From assembly GCA_965199495.1 (NCBI GenBank), contig CBDASK010000003.1, positions 4,655,682-4,719,681 on the forward strand: a DNA stretch of 64,000 bases, given 5' to 3'. Position numbers and translations under genes: made by a program. This stretch comes from Abditibacterium sp. GTDB lineage: Bacteria > Armatimonadota > Abditibacteriia > Abditibacteriales > Abditibacteriaceae. How positions within the stretch are numbered: position 1 is the first letter of the stretch; each line of letters starts with the position of its first letter. This document shows, in pieces, positions 39,444 to 48,251 of the stretch. Under the pieces are notes generated by a model. That model was not told where the DNA came from. It saw only the letters and a list, made by a program, of their open reading frames with translations, and searched no databases.

Positions 39444-40391
39444 ATGATTCGATTATTTCCGCGCGCGTTGGCGCCACTTGGTTGTTTGCTCGTTCTAAAT
39501 AGCGGTTGCGCGCGCGCCCAAGAAACCGTAGTGCCAACAGCAGCCACGCCCGCCGTGGCTGTTAGGCGCGATGTTCCGAAAGAACCGGTTGAGCGCGCCA
39601 AATTGCAAGATAAATCGATTGATGAACTGTCGGGTTTGGCGGCGTCGCGGCGCTATCCGGGATTGTTGTGGGGACACAACGATTCGGGCGATACGGCGCG
39701 CATTTTCGCGATTAACCAAAAGGGCGAAACCGTGGCGACGGTGAATTTTCCCGGTCTCGAAGCGCGCGATTGGGAAGATATTGACATCGCGGGCGGCTGG
39801 ATTTACGTCGCCGAAATTGGCGATAATTTTGGCGTGAACGAGAACATCCGTGTTTATCGAACGCACGAACCGGATTTGAATCCCGACAAATTGGGGCAAG
39901 ATATCGACCTCAAGGCCGGTTCGTGGGAAGAGATGACGCTGCACTATCCCGGCGGCGCGCGCGATGCCGAATCGTTGGTCGCCACGCCCGACGGGCATTT
40001 GCTGATTATCTCCAAAGATAAAAAAGGCTCGAACTTTTACACGCTCAAACGCCCGTGGAGCAACGGGCAAGTCGCGACGTTAGACAAGATTTTTGATGAC
40101 GTCCAAATCGGCGAAACCGGCTGGCTCACGCGTTTGGTCACGGGCGCCGATTTGTCGCCCGACGGGCGCGAATTGACGTTGGTGACTTATGCGCAACTCT
40201 GGCAATACGATTTGGCCCGCCCCTATAATTTCGCTTCGATTCAAATCAACGCGCCGCGCAAACGCGATTTGCCGCCGCTCAAACAGTGCGAAAGCGTTTG
40301 CTATAGCGCCGACGGCCAAAGTCTGTGGGTTTCGAGCGAAGGCAAAAAGGCGCCGTTATGGGAATTGCCCGTCGCAGACGGCGAAAAGTAG
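39444..40391 (+). CDS. Secreted hypothetical protein, probable beta-propeller
   Basis: Signal peptide; ELSGLAAS, HNDSG, DWEDI, IGDN, DAESL, QCESV motifs. Confidence 0.7.
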   Translation: MIRLFPRALAPLGCLLVLNSGCARAQETVVPTAATPAVAVRRDVPKEPVERAKLQDKSIDELSGLAASRRYPGLLWGHNDSGDTARIFAINQKGETVATVNFPGLEARDWEDIDIAGGWIYVAEIGDNFGVNENIRVYRTHEPDLNPDKLGQDIDLKAGSWEEMTLHYPGGARDAESLVATPDGHLLIISKDKKGSNFYTLKRPWSNGQVATLDKIFDDVQIGETGWLTRLVTGADLSPDGRELTLVTYAQLWQYDLARPYNFASIQINAPRKRDLPPLKQCESVCYSADGQSLWVSSEGKKAPLWELPVADGEK

Positions 40392-40642
40392 ACGCCGCAG
40401 AGTTGGCTTTTGCCGTCCCTAATACCCCGATTTCTTCGAGGTGTTTCTATTAAATCGCTCATTCCTTCCTTGTTTAATGCGCTGGTCGCGAAACATGGAT
40501 TTAACATAAGCGCAAGAAACGCGCAACAACTTCCGCCTAAAATTCTCTGCGTCTATTAGGACGACTGCCGGCCAATACGTCGGAGTTGTTTCCAAGCGGT
40601 GTGAGTTTTCTCAGAAAAACTCGCGTTATTTCAGGAGAATTT

Positions 40643-42115
40643 GTGACAGAGAAATTAACTCAATTTTGGGCCTCGCCCACTCTACGAACTTCGACCAGCG
40701 ACTTTGCGGGCAACTTGGGTCGCGTGGCCTTGCGCCTAATGCTGCCGGTGCTTTTAATAGCGATCGTCGGATTGGCCAGTGGTCATCACGCCTGGGCGCA
40801 AGACGTGCCGGGCATTGACGGCAATCCCGCCGCCGCCGAACCAACGGCTCCGGCGCCCAAAGTCGAAATTGGCATCGGCGATACCGCGTGGATGTTGGTC
40901 AGTTGCGCGCTCGTTTTGCTGATGACGCCCGGCCTGGCCTTCTTTTATGGCGGTTTGGTGCGCAGCAAAAACATGCTCAACACCATTATGATGTCGTTTA
41001 GCGCGATGGCACTGATGGGCGTGTTGTGGATTTTCTTCGGCTACTCGATTGCCTTTGGCAACGGTGGCTCGCTCAACAATTTCGTTGGCGGCGCGCAGCA
41101 TCTCTTCTTTAGCGGAGTCGGTCTGGATAACGCGGATAAGGGCTTGAAAATCCCCGATATGTTGTTCGCGATTTTTCAGGGCATGTTCTTTATTATCACG
41201 CCCGCGCTGATTTCGGGTTCGTTGGTCGAGCGCATGAAGTTTTCGACGTTCTTTATTTTCATGGCGATCTGGGGCTTAGTGGTTTACGCTCCGGTTGCGC
41301 ATTGGGTTTGGGGCGGCGGCTGGATGGGCCAAATGGGCATCATGGATTTCGCGGGCGGCGCGGTCGTTCACGTCAACGCCGGGTTTGCGGCTTTGGCAGC
41401 CACGCTGGCGATTGGCACGCGCAAAGGCTATAACAAGCGCCCGATGATTCCGCACAACCTGCCCTTCTGTTTGCTGGGCGTTGGATTGTTGTGGTTCGGT
41501 TGGTTCGGATTTAATGGCGGCTCGGCGTTGGACGGCAGCGGTCTGGCGGTTCTGGCGTTCACCAACACGCAAATCGGCGCGGCGGCGGCGATGCTGACGT
41601 GGATGATTATTGACCAGATCACGCGCAAAGAGATGACGGCGCTGGGCGCGGGCACGGGCGCCGTGGCTGGGTTGGTCGGCATCACTCCGGCGTGCGGCTT
41701 CGTGACGCCGATGGGCGCGGTTTTCGTGGGCGCCATCACGGCGTGCGTCTGCTACTTCATGGCGACCCTACGCGCTCGCGGCCCGGTTGACGATTCGCTC
41801 GACGCCTTCGCCGTTCACGGCGTCGGCGGCTTCACCGGCGCGGTTTTGACCGGCGTGTTCGCGTCGGGCGCGCTGAAAACGACGGGCATCAACGCTCTGG
41901 CGTTGCCCGGCTTGCTCGAAGGCGGCATCGGCGTGTTCATCAACCAGTTTTGGACGACGGCTGTTGTGGCGCTTTATTCGTTCACCGCCAGCTTCATCAT
42001 CGTGAAAATCGCGGCGGCCCTGACCGGCAGCGCGCGCGTCAGCGAAGAAGACGAAGAGCGCGGTCTGGACACCACGCAACACGGCGAAGAGGCGTATGCC
42101 GCCGAAATCGCATAA
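40643..42115 (+). CDS. amtB: Ammonium transporter AmtB
   Basis: GDTAWML, MTPGLAFFYGG, DFAGGAVVH, WFGWFGFNGGS, DDSLDAFAVHG, E.GLD.TQHGE.AY; GTG start after a CAGGAG RBS. Confidence 0.95.
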   Translation: MTEKLTQFWASPTLRTSTSDFAGNLGRVALRLMLPVLLIAIVGLASGHHAWAQDVPGIDGNPAAAEPTAPAPKVEIGIGDTAWMLVSCALVLLMTPGLAFFYGGLVRSKNMLNTIMMSFSAMALMGVLWIFFGYSIAFGNGGSLNNFVGGAQHLFFSGVGLDNADKGLKIPDMLFAIFQGMFFIITPALISGSLVERMKFSTFFIFMAIWGLVVYAPVAHWVWGGGWMGQMGIMDFAGGAVVHVNAGFAALAATLAIGTRKGYNKRPMIPHNLPFCLLGVGLLWFGWFGFNGGSALDGSGLAVLAFTNTQIGAAAAMLTWMIIDQITRKEMTALGAGTGAVAGLVGITPACGFVTPMGAVFVGAITACVCYFMATLRARGPVDDSLDAFAVHGVGGFTGAVLTGVFASGALKTTGINALALPGLLEGGIGVFINQFWTTAVVALYSFTASFIIVKIAAALTGSARVSEEDEERGLDTTQHGEEAYAAEIA

Positions 42116-42286
42116 GGTTTTTCTTCGAGAAAACGGCTCCGATTCGTCGGGGCCGTTTTGTTTTGTGGTCGCGATTCTGTTAAAATCGAACTGGAACAAA
42201 ACGTAAACTCGCGCTCAATTCGCCGATGCAGCCCTTTCGCTGTTCTCTCGCCCGCTTCGCCGCTGGCGCTATAACCACTATAGAAT

Positions 42287-42376
42287 TTACGCAAAAACAG
42301 AACCCGGAGCGGAAGCGACGCGGCTTTCGCGTTCAAGAGCCGCGTCGCTTCCGCTCCGGGTTCTGTTTTTGCGTAA
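42287..42376. repeat. Palindromic REP-like element, family C copy 2
   Basis: ttacgcaaaaacagaacccggagcggaagcgacgcggct...agccgcgtcgcttccgctccgggttctgtttttgcgtaa. Confidence 0.85.
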
Positions 42377-42550
42377 GTCCTACACTATTAAACTGGATGT
42401 GAGCGTGAGCCAATTGCTGAAAGCCGGGCAAACACTCGGCAACGTCGATTTGACGGGCTGGTCAACCGGGCCGCATTCGCACATTGAAGTGCGCAAAGCG
42501 AGCCGACAGTTGCCTCATCGCAGTTCGTGAGATAAATAGGAGCGACAAAA

Positions 42551-43507
42551 ATGCGCATTTCTTCCATCGTTGTTCTGGCCCTCGTGGGCGCCCTGAGTTC
42601 TCCACTACGCGTGCGGGCTGCGGACGAAATCGTGGTCGCCAATCGCTATTTGCTGGCCAACCAGACCAGCCACGCCCATCTGTATCTTTATCGCGAGGAC
42701 GGAAAACTGTTGCGCCAGCTCTCGCGCGACAACGCGGGCCAAGACCGCGACCCAATTTTCGCGCCTGATGGAGAACACATCGTCTGGACGCGCGAGTTGA
42801 GCGGCGGAAAATCGCAGATTTGGAGCATCAGCCCATTGGGAGCCAACGCCAAACGCTTGAACGCGGCGCCGATCTGGTATAAAAAAACCGAAAGTTCGCC
42901 TTACTTCGCCTCAACCGGTCGTTTCGGGCCGGAATTGGGCGACAAAGCGCACACCTTTCGCACGCCCGATGGCGCGACCGATGTCGTTTTGCGCCAACTT
43001 CCCACCGACGAAGATTTCGATGGCGAAGGCACCGGCAAACACTACTTTTTGCGCGACGTGAAAAGCGGAAAGACCACCGATTTCGAGAAGTTGCCCGGTT
43101 TCTTTGGCGCTTACGACATGATGACGCGCAGCGACCAGCCCGACCAGACTTTTTTGTGGCAGGGGCCACTGCACGTCGCGTTTTTCAGTCTGCACCTCGA
43201 TAGCACCGATGGCACGACGGTCTTCGCGCTTGACTTTACCGGGCCGCGTTTGGTGCGGCTGGCGCCGAACTGGGCGGCGCCCTTTCCATTGCCCGGCGAA
43301 AACGCGTTTTTATCGGTAAATTTCGCGCGCTACGTGCCGATTCCCAAATCGCAAAAAACCGCCAACTGCCGTTATATCGAACGCTTCGACGAAAAGCTCC
43401 ACAAAGTGCGCTACGCCAGCACCGATTGCACGATTTGCTACGGCGCCTCGCTTTACCGTCCGCTCCAGACGCCGCGTGTGGTCAACATTCGCGATTTGTA
43501 TGATTGA
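42551..43507 (+). CDS. Secreted hypothetical protein with a PD40-like repeat
   Basis: Signal peptide VRA-A; DPIFAPDGEHIVW. Confidence 0.7.
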   Translation: MRISSIVVLALVGALSSPLRVRAADEIVVANRYLLANQTSHAHLYLYREDGKLLRQLSRDNAGQDRDPIFAPDGEHIVWTRELSGGKSQIWSISPLGANAKRLNAAPIWYKKTESSPYFASTGRFGPELGDKAHTFRTPDGATDVVLRQLPTDEDFDGEGTGKHYFLRDVKSGKTTDFEKLPGFFGAYDMMTRSDQPDQTFLWQGPLHVAFFSLHLDSTDGTTVFALDFTGPRLVRLAPNWAAPFPLPGENAFLSVNFARYVPIPKSQKTANCRYIERFDEKLHKVRYASTDCTICYGASLYRPLQTPRVVNIRDLYD

Positions 43508-43564
43508 GCGATACAGAAACGGTCGCAAATCACGCGATCTTAGCCACCGCGAAAGGGGGCGCGC

Positions 43565-44011
43565 TTATCGAATGGTGCAGTAAGAAACTTTGCCGTCCAG
43601 TCCATTTTTCCGGTGATAAGTGACGTTTACATATTCGGTCTGGTAAGAACGCTCGAAACTCTTGACCGTGATCATACGAGAAGAATCAATCGCTTTTTTC
43701 ACGTAAATGGTCGTCCAGTCGTCTCCAAAGGATGGCGGCGAATTATCGAAAACCGTGATGAGCGTGTTCGCACGAATGTTGATGAGCGTCATCATGCGAG
43801 CTTCGTCGTTGCGGAAGCCGCGTGTTTTCTTGAAGTTGATGTCTTGACTCGCATTGGAATGGGTGACGCCCACGGTTTCCGTGCGATTGTAAAAGCGGAT
43901 TTCGGGAACGTCTTCGCTGGCGTGACTCGGCGTGGCTGTCAGGGAAAGAGCGACGGCGATAAAGCCTGTCGCACATCCCAGCAATCCGCCGATCAGGGAA
44001 ACTTTTTTCAT
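43565..44011 (-). CDS. Small secreted protein, possibly beta/gamma-crystallin-like
   Basis: Signal peptide SHA-S; NDEAR...ITVFD...DDWT.I.VK...SFERS...NGLDGKVS. Confidence 0.6.
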   Translation of the reverse strand: MKKVSLIGGLLGCATGFIAVALSLTATPSHASEDVPEIRFYNRTETVGVTHSNASQDINFKKTRGFRNDEARMMTLINIRANTLITVFDNSPPSFGDDWTTIYVKKAIDSSRMITVKSFERSYQTEYVNVTYHRKNGLDGKVSYCTIR

Positions 44012-44283
44012 CGAGAACTCCTCGACCACAACGCTTTGTGCGGTCACGTTTCACAGGATAAGGAGCCATCGTCACAGCAGCGTCACCGGTGGAGGAAAGC
44101 GAAAAATTTAATTTTCGCGGTTTTGCCTGTTCCAAAGGGCGTGCTCCATTTCGCCATCTGTTTTGGCGCGCTGTTGTTGGGGTTTGGCGCGGAGTTAAAC
44201 TAAAACGCTACATCCAACGCCAGCCACGCTCTCAGTTCTTGCGGTTCTGTGCGAATTCCGGCGCGTCCGTTTTCCCAACTTTC

Positions 44284-45678
44284 ATGAAGTATCTTTCCCA
44301 ATTCGCGACTGGCGCGGCGTTCGCCGTGGCCCTGAGTGCGGCGTTTGGCGCCGGTTACGCCACACGCGATCATCACTATCCCGATAATTGGCGCTGGCCC
44401 GCGCACACCAGCCCGGTCGCGGCTCTCACGCGCACCGCCGATGCCAATTTGCTGGCGCAAAACCTCGTCGCCTCGAAGAGTTCGCGCGTCGCCGCGCCCG
44501 ATTCGCGGCCCTATGAAACTTTGGACGAAGTGCGCAAAGCCATCAAAGAAAATTTCGTCTATCCCAAAACAGTGGACGATACCGAACTGACTTACGGCGC
44601 GATTCGCGGGATGTTGCGCAGTTTGGGCGACCGCTTCACGCGCTTCATGACGCCCGAAGATTACAACGAATTTCTGGTTTCCAACAAAGGCGAGTTCACC
44701 GGCATTGGCGCGCGCATTGACCTGCGCGCCGACTATGCCGGTTCGCCCCAGGCCAAACCTTACGGCGCTTCGCGGCCCTATATCGTCGAGCCGATTGATG
44801 GCGGCCCGGCCCAGAAAGCGGGCGTCAAACGCAACGACGTGATTCTCTCGATTGACGGACATTCGACCGCCGACATGAGCGAAGACGCGACAATCGCCTA
44901 CATTCGCGGCACGCGCGGCACGCCAGTGAAATTGACGCTTGAGCGCAAACTTAATTCGCCCAAAGACCCGAAAGAGACCAAATACGATATTTTCAATTTG
45001 AGTCTCAATCGCGATACCATTGCGATGCACCCCGTGACTTTCGAGTGGTTGCCCGGCGACATCGCGTGGCTGAAGTTGGACGAGTTCAACGAGAAAACCG
45101 ATGCCGAAGTCGGCGAGGCATTGCGCAAAGTCAAGGCGGGCCACAACGGCCAATTCGCCAAAGGTCTGATTTTCGATATGCGCGGCAACCCCGGCGGTTT
45201 GCTCAACGCCGCCGTTGATGTCGGTTCGCGGTTTATCAATAAAGGCCCAATTGTCATCACGCGCGAGCGCGACGGCAAAGAGAACGCTTTGGATCACGAA
45301 TCGGACAAGTTCATGAATTTGGAAGTTCCGGTCGTGGTTTTGGTGGATAAATTTTCGGCGAGCGCCGCCGAAATCGTGACCGGCGCGCTCAAAGACGATC
45401 AGAAAGCGACGGTCGTTGGCGAGAAAACGTTCGGTAAAGCGAGCGTGCAAGTTTTGGTTGACATGAAAAACGGCGGCGCGTTGGTGATTACCACGGCCAA
45501 ATATTTGACGCCCTCGAAAATTGATATTTCCGACAAAGGCGTCGCGCCCGACGTGCAGGTTTTGGCCAGCGCCGAAGACGAAAAAACCGGTCGCGGCGCG
45601 CAATTACAAAAAGCCGTCGAAGTTTTGAACGGCACAACTTTGACGCCGCCCATCGCCGTGGCTGCCGCGACGGGCTAA
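44284..45678 (+). CDS. ctpA: Carboxyl-terminal processing protease (S41A, PDZ)
   Basis: GEFTGIGA, PDZ domain, FDMRGNPGGLL, SASAAEI, GEKTFGKASVQ. Confidence 0.92.
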   Translation: MKYLSQFATGAAFAVALSAAFGAGYATRDHHYPDNWRWPAHTSPVAALTRTADANLLAQNLVASKSSRVAAPDSRPYETLDEVRKAIKENFVYPKTVDDTELTYGAIRGMLRSLGDRFTRFMTPEDYNEFLVSNKGEFTGIGARIDLRADYAGSPQAKPYGASRPYIVEPIDGGPAQKAGVKRNDVILSIDGHSTADMSEDATIAYIRGTRGTPVKLTLERKLNSPKDPKETKYDIFNLSLNRDTIAMHPVTFEWLPGDIAWLKLDEFNEKTDAEVGEALRKVKAGHNGQFAKGLIFDMRGNPGGLLNAAVDVGSRFINKGPIVITRERDGKENALDHESDKFMNLEVPVVVLVDKFSASAAEIVTGALKDDQKATVVGEKTFGKASVQVLVDMKNGGALVITTAKYLTPSKIDISDKGVAPDVQVLASAEDEKTGRGAQLQKAVEVLNGTTLTPPIAVAAATG

Positions 45679-45741
45679 GTTGAATTTGATAAAAACGGCG
45701 CGCAACCTGCGAGATTGCGCGCCGTTTTCGCGTTTCATTTC

Positions 45742-46158
45742 ATGTCCCCAAAATCTCTGCCCACGTTTTTATTTCTCGTGCGCCTGTGTGTCGGCGCGGT
45801 CTGGATGCACGAAGGTTTGTGGCAAAAAATCCTGCGGCCCGACGCGCACGAACTTGACATCGTGCGCCATTTTTCATTTTTGGGACTTAGCGGCGCCGAT
45901 TTGATGATTTTCATCGGCGCGCTCGAAACGTTGTTGGCGCTGGGTTTCTGGAGCGGAGTGTTGCCCAAACTCTGCGCATGGACGGGCATTGTCGCCCTAC
46001 TCGCCATGAACTTGGTCAGCATCTTCGGCGCGGGCGGCACTATCACCGATCCGGTCGGATTATTGATTCACAACACGCCGCTGTGGTGCTGCATGCTGGC
46101 GATTGGTTTGTGGGGCGCAGGCACGGGAACGTTGCCATCGCTATTCAAAAAATTATGA
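45742..46158 (+). CDS. DoxX-like membrane protein
   Basis: R..VGAVW..EGLWQKI, IGALE; four hydrophobic segments. Confidence 0.7.
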   Translation: MSPKSLPTFLFLVRLCVGAVWMHEGLWQKILRPDAHELDIVRHFSFLGLSGADLMIFIGALETLLALGFWSGVLPKLCAWTGIVALLAMNLVSIFGAGGTITDPVGLLIHNTPLWCCMLAIGLWGAGTGTLPSLFKKL

Positions 46159-47296
46159 CCGATAAAAATTCAACGCGCGATGACAAACTCGAAAGCTGGC
46201 GTAGCGGCAGTTTGCGCGGCGCCAGCGCCCAACCGCGCGTTTTGTTTGGTTCGGTCTTCGAGGACGCCGCCGTCGAACTGCGCGCATGGCAAATGCGGTT
46301 GCGCGAATTGGAAAACACAAATCGCGAGCCGCGCGCGTTTTGTATCGCTTCGGGCGGCGACACGTTATTTTCATTATTATTGCCCGGCGTTGGCCGCGTT
46401 GATGGAATTGATATTAATCCGGCACAAATCTGGTTGTGCGAATTAAAAATCGCTGCGCGTCGAAATTTATCGTCGCGCGCGTTCGCAGCAGCCACGGCGC
46501 GCGACGCGCGCCCGATTTATCCGCAGTTGCGGACGAAATTGTCGGATGAGGCGCGCAATTTCTGGGACGACAATCGCGAATCGTTGCGCCAGGGTCTGAA
46601 CGGATGCGGTTTCGTGGACGGCGTGTTGCGTCGCGCGGCTTGCGCTGGCTCATCGGGCGCCGCGCGGTGCGCGCGTTGTTGCGCGCGCCAAATGTCGAAG
46701 AACAAGACGAGATTTGGCAATCGTCAGCGAATCGTCGGCGGTTTAACGCGCTCTTTGCGACGGCGCTCCATCCGTTGGTTTTGCGCGCGTTTTACGGCGC
46801 GGCGCTGCGCGACGGTTTGCCGCTCGACTTGGGCGCGCGCGTGCAACATAATATCGAATGCACGTTGCTTGAATTGCCGATTGCCTCCAATCCCTACATC
46901 GTTTCGCTGTTGCGCGGGCGTTTGGCGCCCTTGCCAGAAAATTGGCCGATTGCCCTACGGCCCGACAATTTCGCGCCGATTCAAGCGCGGCTCGATAATT
47001 TGACGTTGACTTGCGCCGACGCAACGAGTTGGTTGGATGCGCAAGACGAAAATTCGATTGATTTTTTCGGTTTGTCCAACGTCGTCGAAGCCATCGAACC
47101 CGCGACCGCCGCCGCCTTACTGCGCGCCGTGGCTCGTGCTGGCGCGCTGGGTGCCCTCGTTTGCGTGCGCACGATTACCGGCGTGAGTGCCGCGCCTGTC
47201 GAAGGTTTAATATTGGATGCGCGCACCGACGAATTGAAAATCACGGATCGTTCGCCGTTTTGCCGCTTGAGCGAATTGCTGCGCGTGACGGAGTGA
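46155..47296 (+). pseudogene. DUF3419/BtaA-like SAM-dependent transferase, frameshifted near 46635
   Basis: N-half (FEDAAVE, CIASGGD, IDINPAQ..L.ELK) is in one frame; C-half (SNPY, LTCAD, DFFGLSNV) is in the 46604..47296 frame. Confidence 0.65.
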
Positions 47297-47382
47297 AAAT
47301 CAAATTTTGGAGAATGGGGCTGACAAAGCGCGCGAAATCTGGTAACATTGTTTGTGCCTTGCCAATTGTGAGGCACAAATAT

Positions 47383-47472
47383 GGACAGGTGGCCGAGTGG
47401 TTGAAGGCAACGGTCTCGAAAACCGTCATACGGGCAAACCTCGTATCGAGAGTTCGAATCTCTCCCTGTCTG
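47383..47472 (+). tRNA. tRNA-Ser(CGA)
   Basis: GGACAGG acceptor stem, acggt-CTCGAAA-accgt anticodon arm, long variable arm, GTTCGAATC. Confidence 0.93.
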
Positions 47473-47478
47473 TTTTAA

Positions 47479-47563
47479 GGTGACAAGTGACAAGTGGCAA
47501 GTAACAAGCGGTAAAAGATGAATTTCTTTCACTTGTCACTTGCCACTTATCACTTGCCACTTG
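47479..47563. repeat. Inverted heptamer repeats (gtgacaa/gtggcaa)n ... (ttgtcac/ttgccac)n
   Basis: Seen directly between the two tRNA-Ser genes; a second, degenerate copy at about 47658-47730. Confidence 0.8.
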
Positions 47564-47567
47564 AAAA

Positions 47568-47652
47568 GGACAGGTGTCCGAGCGGTTTAAGGAGCACGAC
47601 TGGAACTCGTGTGGGTGTAACAGCCTCGTGGGTTCGAATCCCACCCTGTCCG
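47568..47652 (+). tRNA. tRNA-Ser(GGA)
   Basis: GGACAGG/CCTGTCC acceptor stem, cacga-CTGGAAC-tcgtg anticodon arm, variable arm, GGTTCGAATCC. Confidence 0.93.
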
Positions 47653-47737
47653 GTAACGGTGGCAAGTAGCAAGTTTCAGGTGGCAAGTGCGGTTAATTCA
47701 CTTGAAACCTGTCACTTGGAACTTGTCACCATTTTTT

Positions 47738-48006
47738 GGTCGCGCTAAGCGGGGAGATAGCGGTGCCCTGTATCTGCAATCCGCTCAGCAGAGTCGAATT
47801 CTTTGGCCTCGGCCCACGTTTGTGGGGTCGCCCGATGCACGGAGCGTTGATAAGTGGGCCTCGTGCGACGTCGAACTGTGAATCCCGCCAGGGCCGGAAG
47901 GCAGCAACGGTAAGCAAATTTTGGCGTGCGCCGCGAGAATCCTGCTTTGAGCCACCGACCTCGGTTCCACCCGGAAACGCGTTCGTCAAAGCCAGAGTGC
48001 GCGACC
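47738..48006 (+). ncRNA. ffs: Signal recognition particle RNA, large bacterial type with Alu domain
   Basis: 5' GCTAAGCGGGGAGATAGCGGTGCCCTGTATCTGCAATCCGCT as in Bacillus scRNA; helix 8 CAGGGCCGGAAGGCAGCA; ends pair (ggtcgcgc/gcgcgacc). Confidence 0.9.
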
Positions 48007-48021
48007 ATTTTCGTCTCATTC

Positions 48022-48061
48022 AAAAAAAGCCGTTTTCCCGAATTGGGAAAACGGCTTTTTT
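48022..48061. terminator. Intrinsic terminator (bidirectional)
   Basis: aaaaaaagccgttttccc-gaatt-gggaaaacggctttttt. Confidence 0.85.
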
Positions 48062-48117
48062 GTTTTTGGCTTGACACTGGCGAATTTTGCGCTTTGATTT
48101 TCTAATTCGACAGAAAA

Positions 48118-48222
48118 GCGAATTTACCATCTGCGGGGCTAACGCCCTCTTCCAATCGGCATGAGTTCCTCGAAAGCACACCGATTGGAAGAGGGCGTTA
48201 GCCCCGCAGATGGTAAATTCGC
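48118..48222. repeat. Long perfect palindromic element (family E)
   Basis: gcgaatttaccatctgcggggctaacgccctcttccaatcgg and its exact reverse complement. Confidence 0.85.
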
Positions 48223-48251
48223 GGACGCCAGCCAAAATAAAATTCCGACTT

